The notes under the pieces: model-generated
The model's database searches: none
What the model saw: the letters and a program-made list of their open reading frames with translations, nothing else
Told to the model about the DNA's origin: nothing
Virus record (IMG/VR): IMGVR_UViG_3300037111_000040
Location: 57,715 to 121,714 of that record
Reading direction: 5' to 3' (one strand)
DNA from: a virus
Length of the DNA: 64,000 bases
In this document: one piece after another, positions 21,746 to 30,233 of the stretch
Position numbering within the stretch: position 1 is the first letter of the stretch
How the letters are laid out: each line of letters starts with the position of its first letter
Program-made: the position numbers and the translations under genes

Positions 21746-22402
21746 TTATCGATCAAGCGCTCCATTAAAAGGTTTGTCGAACCTTTCCTTTCCGGGAGGC
21801 CCTCCGTGCTTCTGCTCGTAATAGAACCCGTAGAGTGGAAAGGTCACGCCGTTGATGAAATTTAACTTTGGATCGCTCTTGATCGTCTGTGATGGTTCGT
21901 GCTTGACTGGGAGGCCCGTGTCGATGCACTCCCAGCCCGCGAGTCTCAGGCGGCGATATGTATCGTTATCGCTGAAGTATTGCGGAAGGTTCGTGTCCCA
22001 TCCGCCGATGTCTTCGAAGGCGTTCACGTTGAACGCGGCGAGAGCATCGTAATTTGTGAAGAGCACTCCCCACTTCGTGCCTTCGGCGGTCAGCTTTCGT
22101 GCCTGAGATATCAGCGCCATCACTGAACCCGGACCGGCCTCTGCGTCCGAGTGCATGAATACGCAGATTTTTGCGTCCGTATCTCGCGTGATCTTGAGGA
22201 TCAGATTCATCGTCTGCGAAAACGTGTATGGAACGACAGGTCTGAAGGTCTGAGACTCGAAGTTATCCCATGGATATTTTTGATCTCCCACCGAGTTGTC
22301 GATGATGGCGAGGTACTGCTTCACGTCTGCCAGCGATTCGACGGCGTTGTGGAGCAAGTCGGGACGGTTTACAAACGGCACAAAAACGCGGTAGTCGCTC
22401 AT
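21746..22402 (-). CDS. Glycosyltransferase (GT-A/GT2-like)
   Basis: 'IIDNS', 'FMHSDAE', 'IGGWD...YFSDND...RLRLAG'. Confidence 0.75.
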   Translation of the reverse strand: MSDYRVFVPFVNRPDLLHNAVESLADVKQYLAIIDNSVGDQKYPWDNFESQTFRPVVPYTFSQTMNLILKITRDTDAKICVFMHSDAEAGPGSVMALISQARKLTAEGTKWGVLFTNYDALAAFNVNAFEDIGGWDTNLPQYFSDNDTYRRLRLAGWECIDTGLPVKHEPSQTIKSDPKLNFINGVTFPLYGFYYEQKHGGPPGKERFDKPFNGALDR

Positions 22403-22923
22403 GCTTCCTCCGTGGTCCAAATGGTTTCAACCAGCCTAAAGTTTGGAATCAGTTCGTCGACGGCTTGCTTCACCCCAGCCCACTCGTTTCCATAATCGTG
22501 GCCGCACAGGATTCCACCATGGCTCAACAGTTGTCGCCACGCAAGAATGTCCGCCTTCACGTCCTGATATTCATGCGAAGCATCGATAAAGATCATATCG
22601 AAGTCAACGACGCACTCCGTAAGGACCGCACACGCTCTCAGTGATGCCATTGGAACTGGAAGGATGTTGTTTAAGCCTTGAGTATTGCGAAGAAAATCAG
22701 GCAATACCTGCACGCTCAGTTCGCTCCTGTGATCCATGCTTCCAGTCCAGCTATCGACAGCGTAGACGACACCTTTCGTGTTCTCAGCCAGAGCTATCGT
22801 GCTGCGTCCTTCCCAGCTTCCAATTTCGAGGATGGTACGGCGTCGACTCGCAGCCTCGGCCAAGTAAGACAGTTCCCCTTCGCTCATCCAACCGGGCGTC
22901 GCCAAAGCTCGCGCGATATTCAT
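22399..22923 (-). CDS. Class I SAM methyltransferase (Methyltransf_24-like)
   Basis: 'ILEIGSWEGRST', 'FIDASHEY..VKAD', 'GGILCGHDY'. Confidence 0.85.
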   Translation of the reverse strand: MNIARALATPGWMSEGELSYLAEAASRRRTILEIGSWEGRSTIALAENTKGVVYAVDSWTGSMDHRSELSVQVLPDFLRNTQGLNNILPVPMASLRACAVLTECVVDFDMIFIDASHEYQDVKADILAWRQLLSHGGILCGHDYGNEWAGVKQAVDELIPNFRLVETIWTTEEA

Positions 22924-23723
22924 TTCAGTCTCTCTTTCAGTGCTGCTAGAAATCGTTGAATCGTTCGGTCGTCTACATCCATCGCCTGCACCCAGAGCCA
23001 GCGATTTTCGTCGCGCCCCCAAGTCTCACCGCTCGTGTCTATGGGATGCCGTTGCTCCCACTCTTTACGCGACTTTGTAAAGTAATGATTGAGCCGGAGG
23101 ATGGAAGAGCGCGGTGGTGCCTCTCTGTCGAGCAGAGGCGTTCCATCTTCGTTGATGGTTCCACCGCTGGTCTGAAAATGGTGTTCACTGCCAAGCGTTG
23201 AGAGGGCAGCATCGTCCAGTCTGACGATGCTTTTGTACATGCGGTTGTACGGAAGACTTTCGTTCGGCCTCCAAGTAAATCGCTCGATCACTGGAGCGTC
23301 TTCCCATTCCTGCTTCCCGCTCGATCCGAACATCATCCAGTGGACCCCAACAGCGCCGCACGTTTGCGGCAAAGTAGCGAGCGCTTCGGTAACAGTCTCG
23401 TAGCGGGGCGAGAAAAGAAATTCATCGCTGTCGATTAAGGCAAGCCATCCCTTTTGCCCTTTGATTCTGTCGATGCAGTCTTGATTCGCATCGATCTGGG
23501 CGTTCCTGCCCCCGCTATGATGACACCTATACGGCCACTCTTTCACATCAACGATGCGTCGCTCGACATACGGATGAAGAACTTCCCTCCAGCCATCTTC
23601 CGGCGTGCTGGTTCCCTGATGGTAGAGATAAAATCTCCCTACACCCATTAGCAGATGAAATTCGATCCACTCGCGAAGATAGAGCGCATCGTTGCGAAAC
23701 ATGCTAGATACGGTAAGATTCAT
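22920..23723 (-). CDS. Glycosyltransferase (GT92/GT2-like)
   Basis: 'YLREWIEFH...GV..FYLY', 'IDSDEF', 'RLNHYFTKS'. Confidence 0.8.
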   Translation of the reverse strand: MNLTVSSMFRNDALYLREWIEFHLLMGVGRFYLYHQGTSTPEDGWREVLHPYVERRIVDVKEWPYRCHHSGGRNAQIDANQDCIDRIKGQKGWLALIDSDEFLFSPRYETVTEALATLPQTCGAVGVHWMMFGSSGKQEWEDAPVIERFTWRPNESLPYNRMYKSIVRLDDAALSTLGSEHHFQTSGGTINEDGTPLLDREAPPRSSILRLNHYFTKSRKEWEQRHPIDTSGETWGRDENRWLWVQAMDVDDRTIQRFLAALKERLK

Positions 23724-24232
23724 TATCTTCCCCAAACTAACGCCGTGTGCGGCAACTGTCTGTCGTCGAGGATGCCAAACCTGAATCCTGTAACCGCAGC
23801 GTGATAGCGCTCCCAGTCGTGTACGAGAACGCTTGCTCTTCTTGGTTGCCGGGACGAGATGTACTTCAGCGTTTCAATACGCCGTTCGGCTTTGTCGGAA
23901 TTGTCGACGAAAATCAAATCAAAATTCTCTAAATCAAAGTCGTCGAGAAATGGTTCGATGGGCTCTGGATGGATATGAATTTTGTGCCGCGCGTCCTCTG
24001 ACTGCTGAATCCATCCACGGTCGCTTTCGACTGAGACTAAGGTATCAAGAAAGGGAAACAGGGCTGAGTTGAGGAATGTTGGCGTAGAGTATCTCCCCAT
24101 ACCAAGTTCCAAAACCCTCGTCGCCCAGCCGCAGGTTCTCAGCAGCGGGAGGTGAGAAGCCCAATTGTTACAGGCCGTCTGCTTCCACGCTTCCGAAGCT
24201 TCCGTCATGCTCACGATTACCAATTTGTCCAC
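23723..24232 (-). CDS. Methyltransferase-like protein
   Basis: 'SHLPLL...VLELGMGRYST', 'DLIFVD', 'VLVHD'. Confidence 0.65.
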   Translation of the reverse strand: MDKLVIVSMTEASEAWKQTACNNWASHLPLLRTCGWATRVLELGMGRYSTPTFLNSALFPFLDTLVSVESDRGWIQQSEDARHKIHIHPEPIEPFLDDFDLENFDLIFVDNSDKAERRIETLKYISSRQPRRASVLVHDWERYHAAVTGFRFGILDDRQLPHTALVWGR

Positions 24233-24840
24233 TCCTTTCGCCTCGTGGCGTTATAGAAATCCCGCTCTGGATTAGGTCCCGGACCTTCGTACCAAGGAAG
24301 GTGCTCGAACTGATATGGCGGAGCCAATCTGCAACCTTGGAGCCCATTATCCCAAGCGCGCGGCATCGTTCCCTCCTCATACATCGAGAAAGTTGTATCG
24401 AGATTGGCCTCAAACCCTCCATCTACAGGACGCTGCCACCATTGCTGCTCCCAAGCGATAACCCTATTTTTAGCATCGTAACAGTCGGGAAGGTTGTCGA
24501 TACGAAGTGACGGCCCGACCGTACTGTATCCCCTGTCCATCATTAGGCTCATACGCTCAAGGAGGTCTCTGGGACAGTTCGCGCAGGGAACAACATCTGG
24601 GTCCGTGACGATGAACCTTCTTGCTGCTTGATGAAAGCCAAGTTCCCAAAACGCATAAGGCCCAAGATTCTTCTCGCAACGGACTATGGGAAAATGCGCG
24701 GCCTCGTAATACCTAAGCAGCGGCTCCCATGTCGATGCATTGTCGATGACAGTGAAGGGAACATCAGCCTCGATGAGCCAATCAACAAGACGGCTAAACC
24801 CTCGATTTAGGTTATTGAAATTGGTGATCCACACACTCAT
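24217..24840 (-). CDS. Glycosyltransferase (GT2-like)
   Basis: 'VIDNASTWEPLL', 'FIVTDPDV', 'ANLDTTFSMY', 'HLPWY'. Confidence 0.75.
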   Translation of the reverse strand: MSVWITNFNNLNRGFSRLVDWLIEADVPFTVIDNASTWEPLLRYYEAAHFPIVRCEKNLGPYAFWELGFHQAARRFIVTDPDVVPCANCPRDLLERMSLMMDRGYSTVGPSLRIDNLPDCYDAKNRVIAWEQQWWQRPVDGGFEANLDTTFSMYEEGTMPRAWDNGLQGCRLAPPYQFEHLPWYEGPGPNPERDFYNATRRKEWTNW

Positions 24841-26075
24841 TTCACCGCGTCCCGAAACCACTTCTCCCACGCAACCCAATTGTTCTTCCACTCGTAGCGC
24901 GGATCGAGATGCGTTCGCTTTCCGATCCATTCGTTCGCCTTCGCCGCCCAATTTTCTGCGTTGTAAACAGGGCGCTTGGTGCCAAATGATCCCGCATGGT
25001 AAAACGCTGCACTTCCCGAACCGTCAACCATCGGATCGACTTGCATTTCCTTTGGGACAAAATCCGCTGCGCCAGCGTAAGAGCCAGTGATCACGGGAGT
25101 GCCGCAGGCGAGACTTTCGGCTAACGGGAGTCCAAAACCCTCGGGTCCGATTCCGAGCATGAGGTCGCAGGCGGATAGTGCTTCTGCCATTTTTTGATCG
25201 GTAATTTGGCCCAAGCTGATTATCGTTTTGTCGATCATCCCGTAGTCGCACAATAGCGCTGGTATACTCCAAAATCGCTCGAATGCATCTGTGTGCGCCC
25301 AAAGGCGGACCTTGCGATTTCTGGCAAGTATCGCCGCCGTTTCGATACCCAACGCCCAATTTTTGCGATCCTGATTTGTGGCGACTATGGAAATCAGGCA
25401 TTCATCTTCCGTGATGGGGCCGTGATCCTCCATAATCTGCTGCCCGCCCGTGATCTGGAAGAACATGTGACGGCAAAGAGCGCGGTTTCTCTCGTAAAAG
25501 ACATCGCCATCAAAGCCGTGTGGCAAATTTGTCAGATGACGCTCAGCCGCTTGCTTATCGCCGATGGTTCTGCATAGGACGCCTTCACCAAACGGACCGT
25601 AGGCCAGCAGACGGTCGAAGCCCAGCGCCGTCCGCATAAGGGGAAACGAGAGCCTGTCGTTCGGGCCTGAGCCGTCTATTGGCACGTACCCAAAGAGCTT
25701 GAACGGACGTTTGACGAGCCACTGGCGCAATTCCGGATTCTTGAGCACGGCGGCTTCAGAGTATTTTGGCTGCGCAATCCAATCTAAGCGCGATAGGTCC
25801 CAAATAGTGCAGATGATACCCGGTTCGTTCCCAGCAAAATCCTCCCAGACTTCAGGAAGTGTTGGGATGGCCCACTCCTGCATTCCCTCGATCACATAAT
25901 TTACGAAACCGAATCTGCGGGAGCCCGGTCCGCCGTGGCCTAAGACTCCGACTCTGTAGACATCCGTCAAATGCTCGTGCGCCCTTGTCGTGAGGTCTCG
26001 GCATATCCTGCCGAGGCCACTCGACGATGACGGACTATCGGAAATAAAGAGGAGCGGCGTGGGTTGCTCAGCCAT
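24837..26075 (-). CDS. Glycosyltransferase family 4 (GT-B)
   Basis: 'SDSPSSSSGLGR', 'NQDRK', 'EGFGLPLAESLACGTPVI'. Confidence 0.85.
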   Translation of the reverse strand: MAEQPTPLLFISDSPSSSSGLGRICRDLTTRAHEHLTDVYRVGVLGHGGPGSRRFGFVNYVIEGMQEWAIPTLPEVWEDFAGNEPGIICTIWDLSRLDWIAQPKYSEAAVLKNPELRQWLVKRPFKLFGYVPIDGSGPNDRLSFPLMRTALGFDRLLAYGPFGEGVLCRTIGDKQAAERHLTNLPHGFDGDVFYERNRALCRHMFFQITGGQQIMEDHGPITEDECLISIVATNQDRKNWALGIETAAILARNRKVRLWAHTDAFERFWSIPALLCDYGMIDKTIISLGQITDQKMAEALSACDLMLGIGPEGFGLPLAESLACGTPVITGSYAGAADFVPKEMQVDPMVDGSGSAAFYHAGSFGTKRPVYNAENWAAKANEWIGKRTHLDPRYEWKNNWVAWEKWFRDAVK

Positions 26076-26165
26076 GCGCTTGAAGATAGTTTGGATGCTG
26101 TTCACTGTCAAGTGAATAAAAGATCGCAATTGACACAAAAACTGCTTTGTGAAACAGTATCGTCC

Positions 26166-26345
26166 ATGAGACTAGGAACTGTTCTTCGCAAGTGGCGAGC
26201 GATGGAAGAGAAAAGTGTACGCGAGGTAGCCAAGGAAATCGGCACCTCCTCAGCCACTCTCAACCGCATCGAGCACGACAAACCGTGCGAGTCTGGCACG
26301 CTGGCGAAGGTACTTCTATGGCTGATAGGCAAAGAGAAAAAGTGA
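26166..26345 (+). CDS. XRE-family helix-turn-helix regulator
   Basis: 'LRKWR...SVREVAKEIGTSSATLNRIE'; divergent from the GT cluster. Confidence 0.8.
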   Translation: MRLGTVLRKWRAMEEKSVREVAKEIGTSSATLNRIEHDKPCESGTLAKVLLWLIGKEKK

Positions 26346-26357
26346 CGGGAGGGACAA

Positions 26358-26705
26358 ATGGACTGGAAAGCGTGGGCAAAGAAGCAGGAAGAGGACGGAA
26401 CGGCTGAGGTTCACACGCCGACAGAACTTCAGTTCGCCGAGACAGGCGATGGTCCTTGGGCGCTGTACATCTACGGGCGCGCCGGATTCCATACCGGGAA
26501 AGTCTGGTTCCGCAAAGGACCAATGAAGTACCCTGACGAGGAAATCACCGCCACCGAAGCCAAGGAGCGCGTGGAGAAGGCCATTGGTGACGGGCGCGAA
26601 GTTCGCATCTGCAACGGCGGCGACATGCTCGTCTTCCACTCCGAGCGCGGTGTGGTGCTCTATCCAGACAGCGCCGAGGAGTTCTGGAAGGCGGTAGGCG
26701 TGTGA
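26358..26705 (+). CDS. Hypothetical protein
   Basis: GGAGGG RBS; 115-aa ORF. Confidence 0.6.
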   Translation: MDWKAWAKKQEEDGTAEVHTPTELQFAETGDGPWALYIYGRAGFHTGKVWFRKGPMKYPDEEITATEAKERVEKAIGDGREVRICNGGDMLVFHSERGVVLYPDSAEEFWKAVGV

Positions 26706-27475
26706 TGAGGCTGTTCGATCCGTTTCAGTACGTCCCTACTGACCGTCGAGGCACTCCTCCAGAGCAAGCCTTCGACAATATGGTCGAATCGTATGCGTAC
26801 AGCGTGCAGGGAAAGAGGGGTGATGGGCGTCCTCCGCTCCGAATGGGGGTTTCGGCTATTCCAGTCGAAGACGCTAGGCGTCTGTTCGTCCATTACGTTT
26901 CGTACTGGGAGGGATTCTATCGCAACGTGAGCCAAGCTCTGAACGATCACATGTCGATCTGCACGAGCCCGCCTCCGATCTTCGCGGAAATGAGAAAGGG
27001 CGATATGCGTAGCCTGTTCTCTCAAGGATACGTGGTGAACGCGGATCGCCGGAGCGGGAAGACACAAGCACTCTTCGACGAGGCCGACGAGGTTTCACGG
27101 GCAACATCCAGCAGGATTGCCATCGTAGCACCGCGCAAAGATTACATCATGGCCGAAGCAGTGAAGAGACGCTTGGAGCACGCGACGCCGGGACAATTCA
27201 ACAGGCTGGAGTTCATTGGTGAGGATGAACTACATAAGCTGGATGGGCTGAGTCGAGATGTGATGGTGGACGAATGGTGGCATCTTTCCGAACGGACGCG
27301 TGAAACACTCGCGGACAGATTCAACATCATGGCGGCGGTTGGGACATTGCCGCATGGCGCGCGGATACCAATCACATCTCGCGCACTGCGGGACGAAGAC
27401 GGCTACTACGGCAGGAAGCCGGACACCTACAACCCGTTAGCGATGGCACGGGTCGAAAGAGAGGATAGGTACTAA
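26702..27475 (+). CDS. Hypothetical protein with P-loop-like motif
   Basis: 'RRSGKT' Walker A-like and 'VMVDE' Walker B-like. Confidence 0.5.
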   Translation: MMRLFDPFQYVPTDRRGTPPEQAFDNMVESYAYSVQGKRGDGRPPLRMGVSAIPVEDARRLFVHYVSYWEGFYRNVSQALNDHMSICTSPPPIFAEMRKGDMRSLFSQGYVVNADRRSGKTQALFDEADEVSRATSSRIAIVAPRKDYIMAEAVKRRLEHATPGQFNRLEFIGEDELHKLDGLSRDVMVDEWWHLSERTRETLADRFNIMAAVGTLPHGARIPITSRALRDEDGYYGRKPDTYNPLAMARVEREDRY

Positions 27476-27624
27476 ATGACATGCAGCAAGTAGAGGATCA
27501 AGAGCAGGACCAAGATGGTGCCGATTCCAATGCCAGCGCCGCCGCCCGGACCCCACTGTGTATTACCCCAGTAGCCGCCGCCGAAACCGAAAATCAACAC
27601 CAACACGATAACGAGGATAAGCAT
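27472..27624 (-). CDS. Small Gly-rich membrane protein (DUF3309-like)
   Basis: Read by hand: MLILVIVLVLIFGFGGGYWGNTQWGPGGGAGIGIGTILVLLLILYLLHVI; GGAGG RBS. Confidence 0.7.
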   Translation of the reverse strand: MLILVIVLVLIFGFGGGYWGNTQWGPGGGAGIGIGTILVLLLILYLLHVI

Positions 27625-27634
27625 TTCGAACCTC

Positions 27635-27808
27635 CTAGCTGAAGTTTTCTTTTATCCACGCTGTGACGCGTTCGAGAATAGTCGGATCGTGAACAATGAC
27701 TTCGACGACCGGCGCGGGGTTTTGAACAATGATTTTTGTGACCGCTGTGTTTTTCTTTGTGGCTACAGGTTTCTTGACAACGATCTTGGGCTTCTTCGTC
27801 TTTGGCAC
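27635..27808 (-). CDS. Small basic hypothetical protein
   Basis: Read by hand: GTG start after GGAGG; MPKTKKPKIVVKKPVATKK...WIKENFS. Confidence 0.5.
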   Translation of the reverse strand: MPKTKKPKIVVKKPVATKKNTAVTKIIVQNPAPVVEVIVHDPTILERVTAWIKENFS

Positions 27809-27825
27809 ATCATCCTCCTATGAGG

Positions 27826-27987
27826 TTAGTGACCGATGTGAAGCGGCAGGATTCCGTTGAACAGGATGGAGGCCACGAAGAACGCAAATGCAGCCCAACC
27901 GAGGCTCCAGCGCTGCGGAGGGTTCGGAACACCGAGCGCCGCAAGGATCGCTAAAACTAAAGCGAAAACGAGCAGGATCGTTGACAT
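27826..27987 (-). CDS. Small two-helix membrane protein
   Basis: Read by hand: MSTILLVFALVLAILAALGVPNPPQRWSLGWAAFAFFVASILF...; GAGG RBS. Confidence 0.6.
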   Translation of the reverse strand: MSTILLVFALVLAILAALGVPNPPQRWSLGWAAFAFFVASILFNGILPLHIGH

Positions 27988-28057
27988 AGTTCACCTCAAG
28001 CCGATTATATGCTAAGATTGCGATGGATGGCTGTTCACTACTGAACATTTTGAGCAC

Positions 28058-28216
28058 ATGGCGGCGCAGTGTTTCCAGAAGCCCGATTCGAATCCCCCCA
28101 TCTGCGGGGTTCACAACGTTCGGCTTGTTCCAAGTGATGTGCCTTTCGATGGGAAGAAGATCGCCTGTCTGCGTTGTCCAGTGAGCCGATTCGTGGTGGA
28201 CGAAGAAAAACGTTGA
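28058..28216 (+). CDS. Small Cys-containing hypothetical protein
   Basis: Read by hand: MAAQCFQKPDSNPPICGVH...CLRCPVS... Confidence 0.4.
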   Translation: MAAQCFQKPDSNPPICGVHNVRLVPSDVPFDGKKIACLRCPVSRFVVDEEKR

Positions 28217-28241
28217 CAACCCACCAATTCCATGGAATGAT
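28213..28241 (+). promoter_or_regulatory. Sigma70-like promoter of tRNA array 1
   Basis: TTGACA 28213-28218, 17-nt spacer, AATGAT (weak -10). Confidence 0.6.
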
Positions 28242-28250
28242 GGTTTCGCT

Positions 28251-28319
28251 ATGAAGACAGTGTGCCTCAGTTCGCTCTCCTCGTATAGCTCATTACTGAG
28301 CGGTGGCGGGGGTTCGTGA
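28251..28319 (+). CDS. Attenuator leader peptide 1 (MKTVCLSSLSSYSSLLSGGGGS)
   Basis: Codons 5-17 are all Cys/Leu/Ser/Tyr, the amino acids of the downstream tRNAs. Confidence 0.8.
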   Translation: MKTVCLSSLSSYSSLLSGGGGS

Positions 28320-28347
28320 ACTGAGTCCAAAGTGGAATTCAGTCAGC

Positions 28348-28373
28348 GGCCTCCGAGAAATCGGGGGCTTTTT
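28348..28373 (+). terminator. Attenuator terminator upstream of tRNA array 1
   Basis: GGCCTCCGA-GAAA-TCGGGGGCT-TTTT; 5' arm can alternatively pair with CGGGGG at 28307-28312. Confidence 0.8.
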
Positions 28374-28380
28374 AGTTTGT

Positions 28381-28457
28381 GCCCGTGTACGCCAAATGGC
28401 AGAGCGCGACTTCTTAAAAAGGTCGGGATGGGGTTTCGAGTACCCCTGCGGGCACCA
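28381..28457 (+). tRNA. tRNA-Leu(TAA)
   Basis: GACTT-CT TAA AA-AGGTC arm, CCA end, short variable loop. Confidence 0.8.
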
Positions 28458-28458
28458 T

Positions 28459-28534
28459 GGATCGGTGGCGAAGTGTTAAACGCGGCAAGCTGCAACCTTG
28501 CTAATCGCTGGTTAAAATCCGGCCCGGTCCTCCA
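28459..28534 (+). tRNA. tRNA-Cys(GCA)
   Basis: GCAAG-CT GCA AC-CTTGC, U73, CCA. Confidence 0.85.
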
Positions 28535-28542
28535 AGTTTCAC

Positions 28543-28619
28543 GCGCGAGTAGGCAAACAGGCAAAGCCGCCAGATCGAGGGTCTGGTGTTTGGGGATTCG
28601 ATTTCCCCCTCGCGCACCA
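28543..28619 (+). tRNA. tRNA-Leu(GAG)
   Basis: CCAGA-TC GAG GG-TCTGG, CCA, short variable loop. Confidence 0.8.
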
Positions 28620-28620
28620 C

Positions 28621-28700
28621 GGGCAGGTACGCAAATTTGGCAAAGCGGCAGTCTTCAGACGGCTGTGATTTTGTGGATTCGAATTCCACTCTGCCCACCA
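28621..28700 (+). tRNA. tRNA-Leu(CAG)
   Basis: CAGTC-TT CAG AC-GGCTG, CCA. Confidence 0.8.
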
Positions 28701-28734
28701 AAGATTTGAACCATGATGGTATAATTGAACCATC

Positions 28735-29475
28735 ATGAAGTACACAAAGGAAATTCTCGAACAGGCCGTGAAAGAAAGTTTTTCAATGGCAGACGTATTG
28801 AGAAAATGCGGAGCACCAAATCTGGCTGGTGGAACATCTCACCATGTTTCGAAGAGGATTAAGGAATATGGGATCAGCACAAGCCACTTCATCGGAAAGC
28901 GTTGGCATTTAGGAAAGCCCAGTTTGAATCGAAGGGAAGCCGATTCATATTTGGTTTACCATGCAGACCTGAAAAGGCAGAGAGCAAAGGTGCTTGTGCG
29001 TTCGCTGCTCGACATTGGACGGCCATATAAGTGTTATGTTTGTGGGCTTCGCGAGTGGCGTGGAAAGAAACTGATTCTTGAGATAGAACACAAGGATGGA
29101 AACTTCCAAAACGATGTAGAGGAAAACCTAGAGTTTATTTGCCCCAATTGTCATTCCCAAACTCTTACATTTTCTCGCAGAAAGGATTCGAAGCAATTCC
29201 TCCCACCTAAGCTCAGGCCAAAGAGGCAAGGGAGAGAGGTCAGGCACCCGTCTTCGGACGGTTACTGGAGAACAAGGGACAAGCCGCGTTTGAGAAAAGT
29301 GGACCGACCGAGCCCTGTAGAATTGCAATCCTTATTGCAAACGTTGCCGATGATAAAGATTGGTGAAAAATTCGGAGTCTCTGACAACGCTGTTAGGAAG
29401 TGGATTCGGCGATATGGCATGGAGATGCCCAAGGTTTTCGGCAGGAGTCGTGGCAATAAGGATGTGCGCGTGTAG
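28735..29475 (+). CDS. HNH endonuclease inserted in tRNA array 1
   Basis: 'CYVCG...LEIEHKDGNFQND..ENLEFICPNCH' plus C-terminal HTH. Confidence 0.85.
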   Translation: MKYTKEILEQAVKESFSMADVLRKCGAPNLAGGTSHHVSKRIKEYGISTSHFIGKRWHLGKPSLNRREADSYLVYHADLKRQRAKVLVRSLLDIGRPYKCYVCGLREWRGKKLILEIEHKDGNFQNDVEENLEFICPNCHSQTLTFSRRKDSKQFLPPKLRPKRQGREVRHPSSDGYWRTRDKPRLRKVDRPSPVELQSLLQTLPMIKIGEKFGVSDNAVRKWIRRYGMEMPKVFGRSRGNKDVRV

Positions 29476-29551
29476 CAAAACGGAAAAGCGCCGGTTTTAG
29501 GCACCGGAGGGGTAACACCCATTGCGAGTTCGAGTCTCGCCACGCGCACCA
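29466..29551 (+). tRNA. tRNA-Leu(TAG)
   Basis: CCGGT-TT TAG GC-ACCGG, long variable arm, CCA. Confidence 0.85.
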
Positions 29552-29556
29552 AGTTT

Positions 29557-29634
29557 GCGGATGTGAAGGGAAACGGAATACCTCTGAAGCTCAAACCTTC
29601 AGGCTTATCGGTTCGAGGCCGATCATCCGCACCA
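29557..29634 (+). tRNA. tRNA-Leu(CAA)
   Basis: TGAAG-CT CAA AC-CTTCA, CCA. Confidence 0.8.
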
Positions 29635-29642
29635 AGTTTTAC

Positions 29643-29728
29643 GGAGCGCGGGCAGGATGGTAATGCAACGGCTTGCTAAGCCGCACAACCGCGAGGTTGA
29701 CAGTGTTCGATTCACTGGCGCTCCGCCA
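29643..29728 (+). tRNA. tRNA-Ser(GCT)
   Basis: CGGC-TT GCT AA-GCCG, long variable arm, G73-CCA. Confidence 0.9.
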
Positions 29729-29737
29729 TATTTTTAC

Positions 29738-29824
29738 GGAAGGGTGAGCGGAACGGTATCGCCCCCGGCTGGAAACCGGGTCACGTGAAAGCGTGTGCAG
29801 GTTCGACTCCTGTCCCTTCCGCCA
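29738..29824 (+). tRNA. tRNA-Ser(GGA)
   Basis: CCCGG-CT GGA AA-CCGGG, long variable arm, G73-CCA. Confidence 0.9.
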
Positions 29825-29829
29825 GTTTT

Positions 29830-29917
29830 GGAAGCGTTGGGCATTTGGCAGGCCCACCCCGTTCGAAGCGGGACACACCTTCGGGTGTTGAGCGTTCGAC
29901 TCGCTCCGCTTCCGCCA
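29830..29917 (+). tRNA. tRNA-Ser(CGA)
   Basis: CCCG-TT CGA AG-CGGG, long variable arm, G73-CCA. Confidence 0.9.
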
Positions 29918-29923
29918 AGTTTT

Positions 29924-30013
29924 GGATGGTTGGCAGAGTCTGGTTGATCGCGCTGGCCTTGAGTACCAGTAGACCGAAGGGTCTCGGGGGTTCGAATCCC
30001 TCACCATCCGCCA
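29924..30013 (+). tRNA. tRNA-Ser(TGA)
   Basis: CTGG..CT TGA GT..CCAG, long variable arm, G73-CCA. Confidence 0.85.
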
Positions 30014-30117
30014 GTTTGTAAGGGGGAGATTGACAGGTCGTGCAACAACGGTGAAGCAGTACCAGACTCCCCCTTTGGCGGCATCATGAGGCCGTCCTGA
30101 ACGGAAGTTTACCACGT

Positions 30118-30208
30118 GCGTTGGCTGGAGAGACGGTGGACTCTACCAGACTGTAAATCTGGATCATCTTCGATGACGCTGCAGGTTCAAATCCTGCCCA
30201 ACGCACCA
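30118..30208 (+). tRNA. tRNA-Tyr(GTA)
   Basis: CCAGA-CT GTA AA-TCTGG, long variable arm, CCA. Confidence 0.9.
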
Positions 30209-30233
30209 GAATTTCTGCGCTATACTCTGGCAC

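Noticed and set aside
26702-27475. Terminase large subunit
   Set aside because: RRSGKT resembles a terminase Walker A, but the ORF is only 257 aa, has no nuclease domain and is outside a packaging module.
28213-28380. T-box riboswitches as the regulators of the tRNA arrays
   Set aside because: No T-box consensus or long stem I is visible in any of the three leaders; an ORF with matched codons explains them better.
29639-30115. ORFs called across tRNA arrays (also near 28.3-28.7, 34.3-35.0, 37.1-37.9 and 45.1-46.4 kb)
   Set aside because: They overlap well-formed tRNA genes and translate to typical tRNA-shadow peptides.
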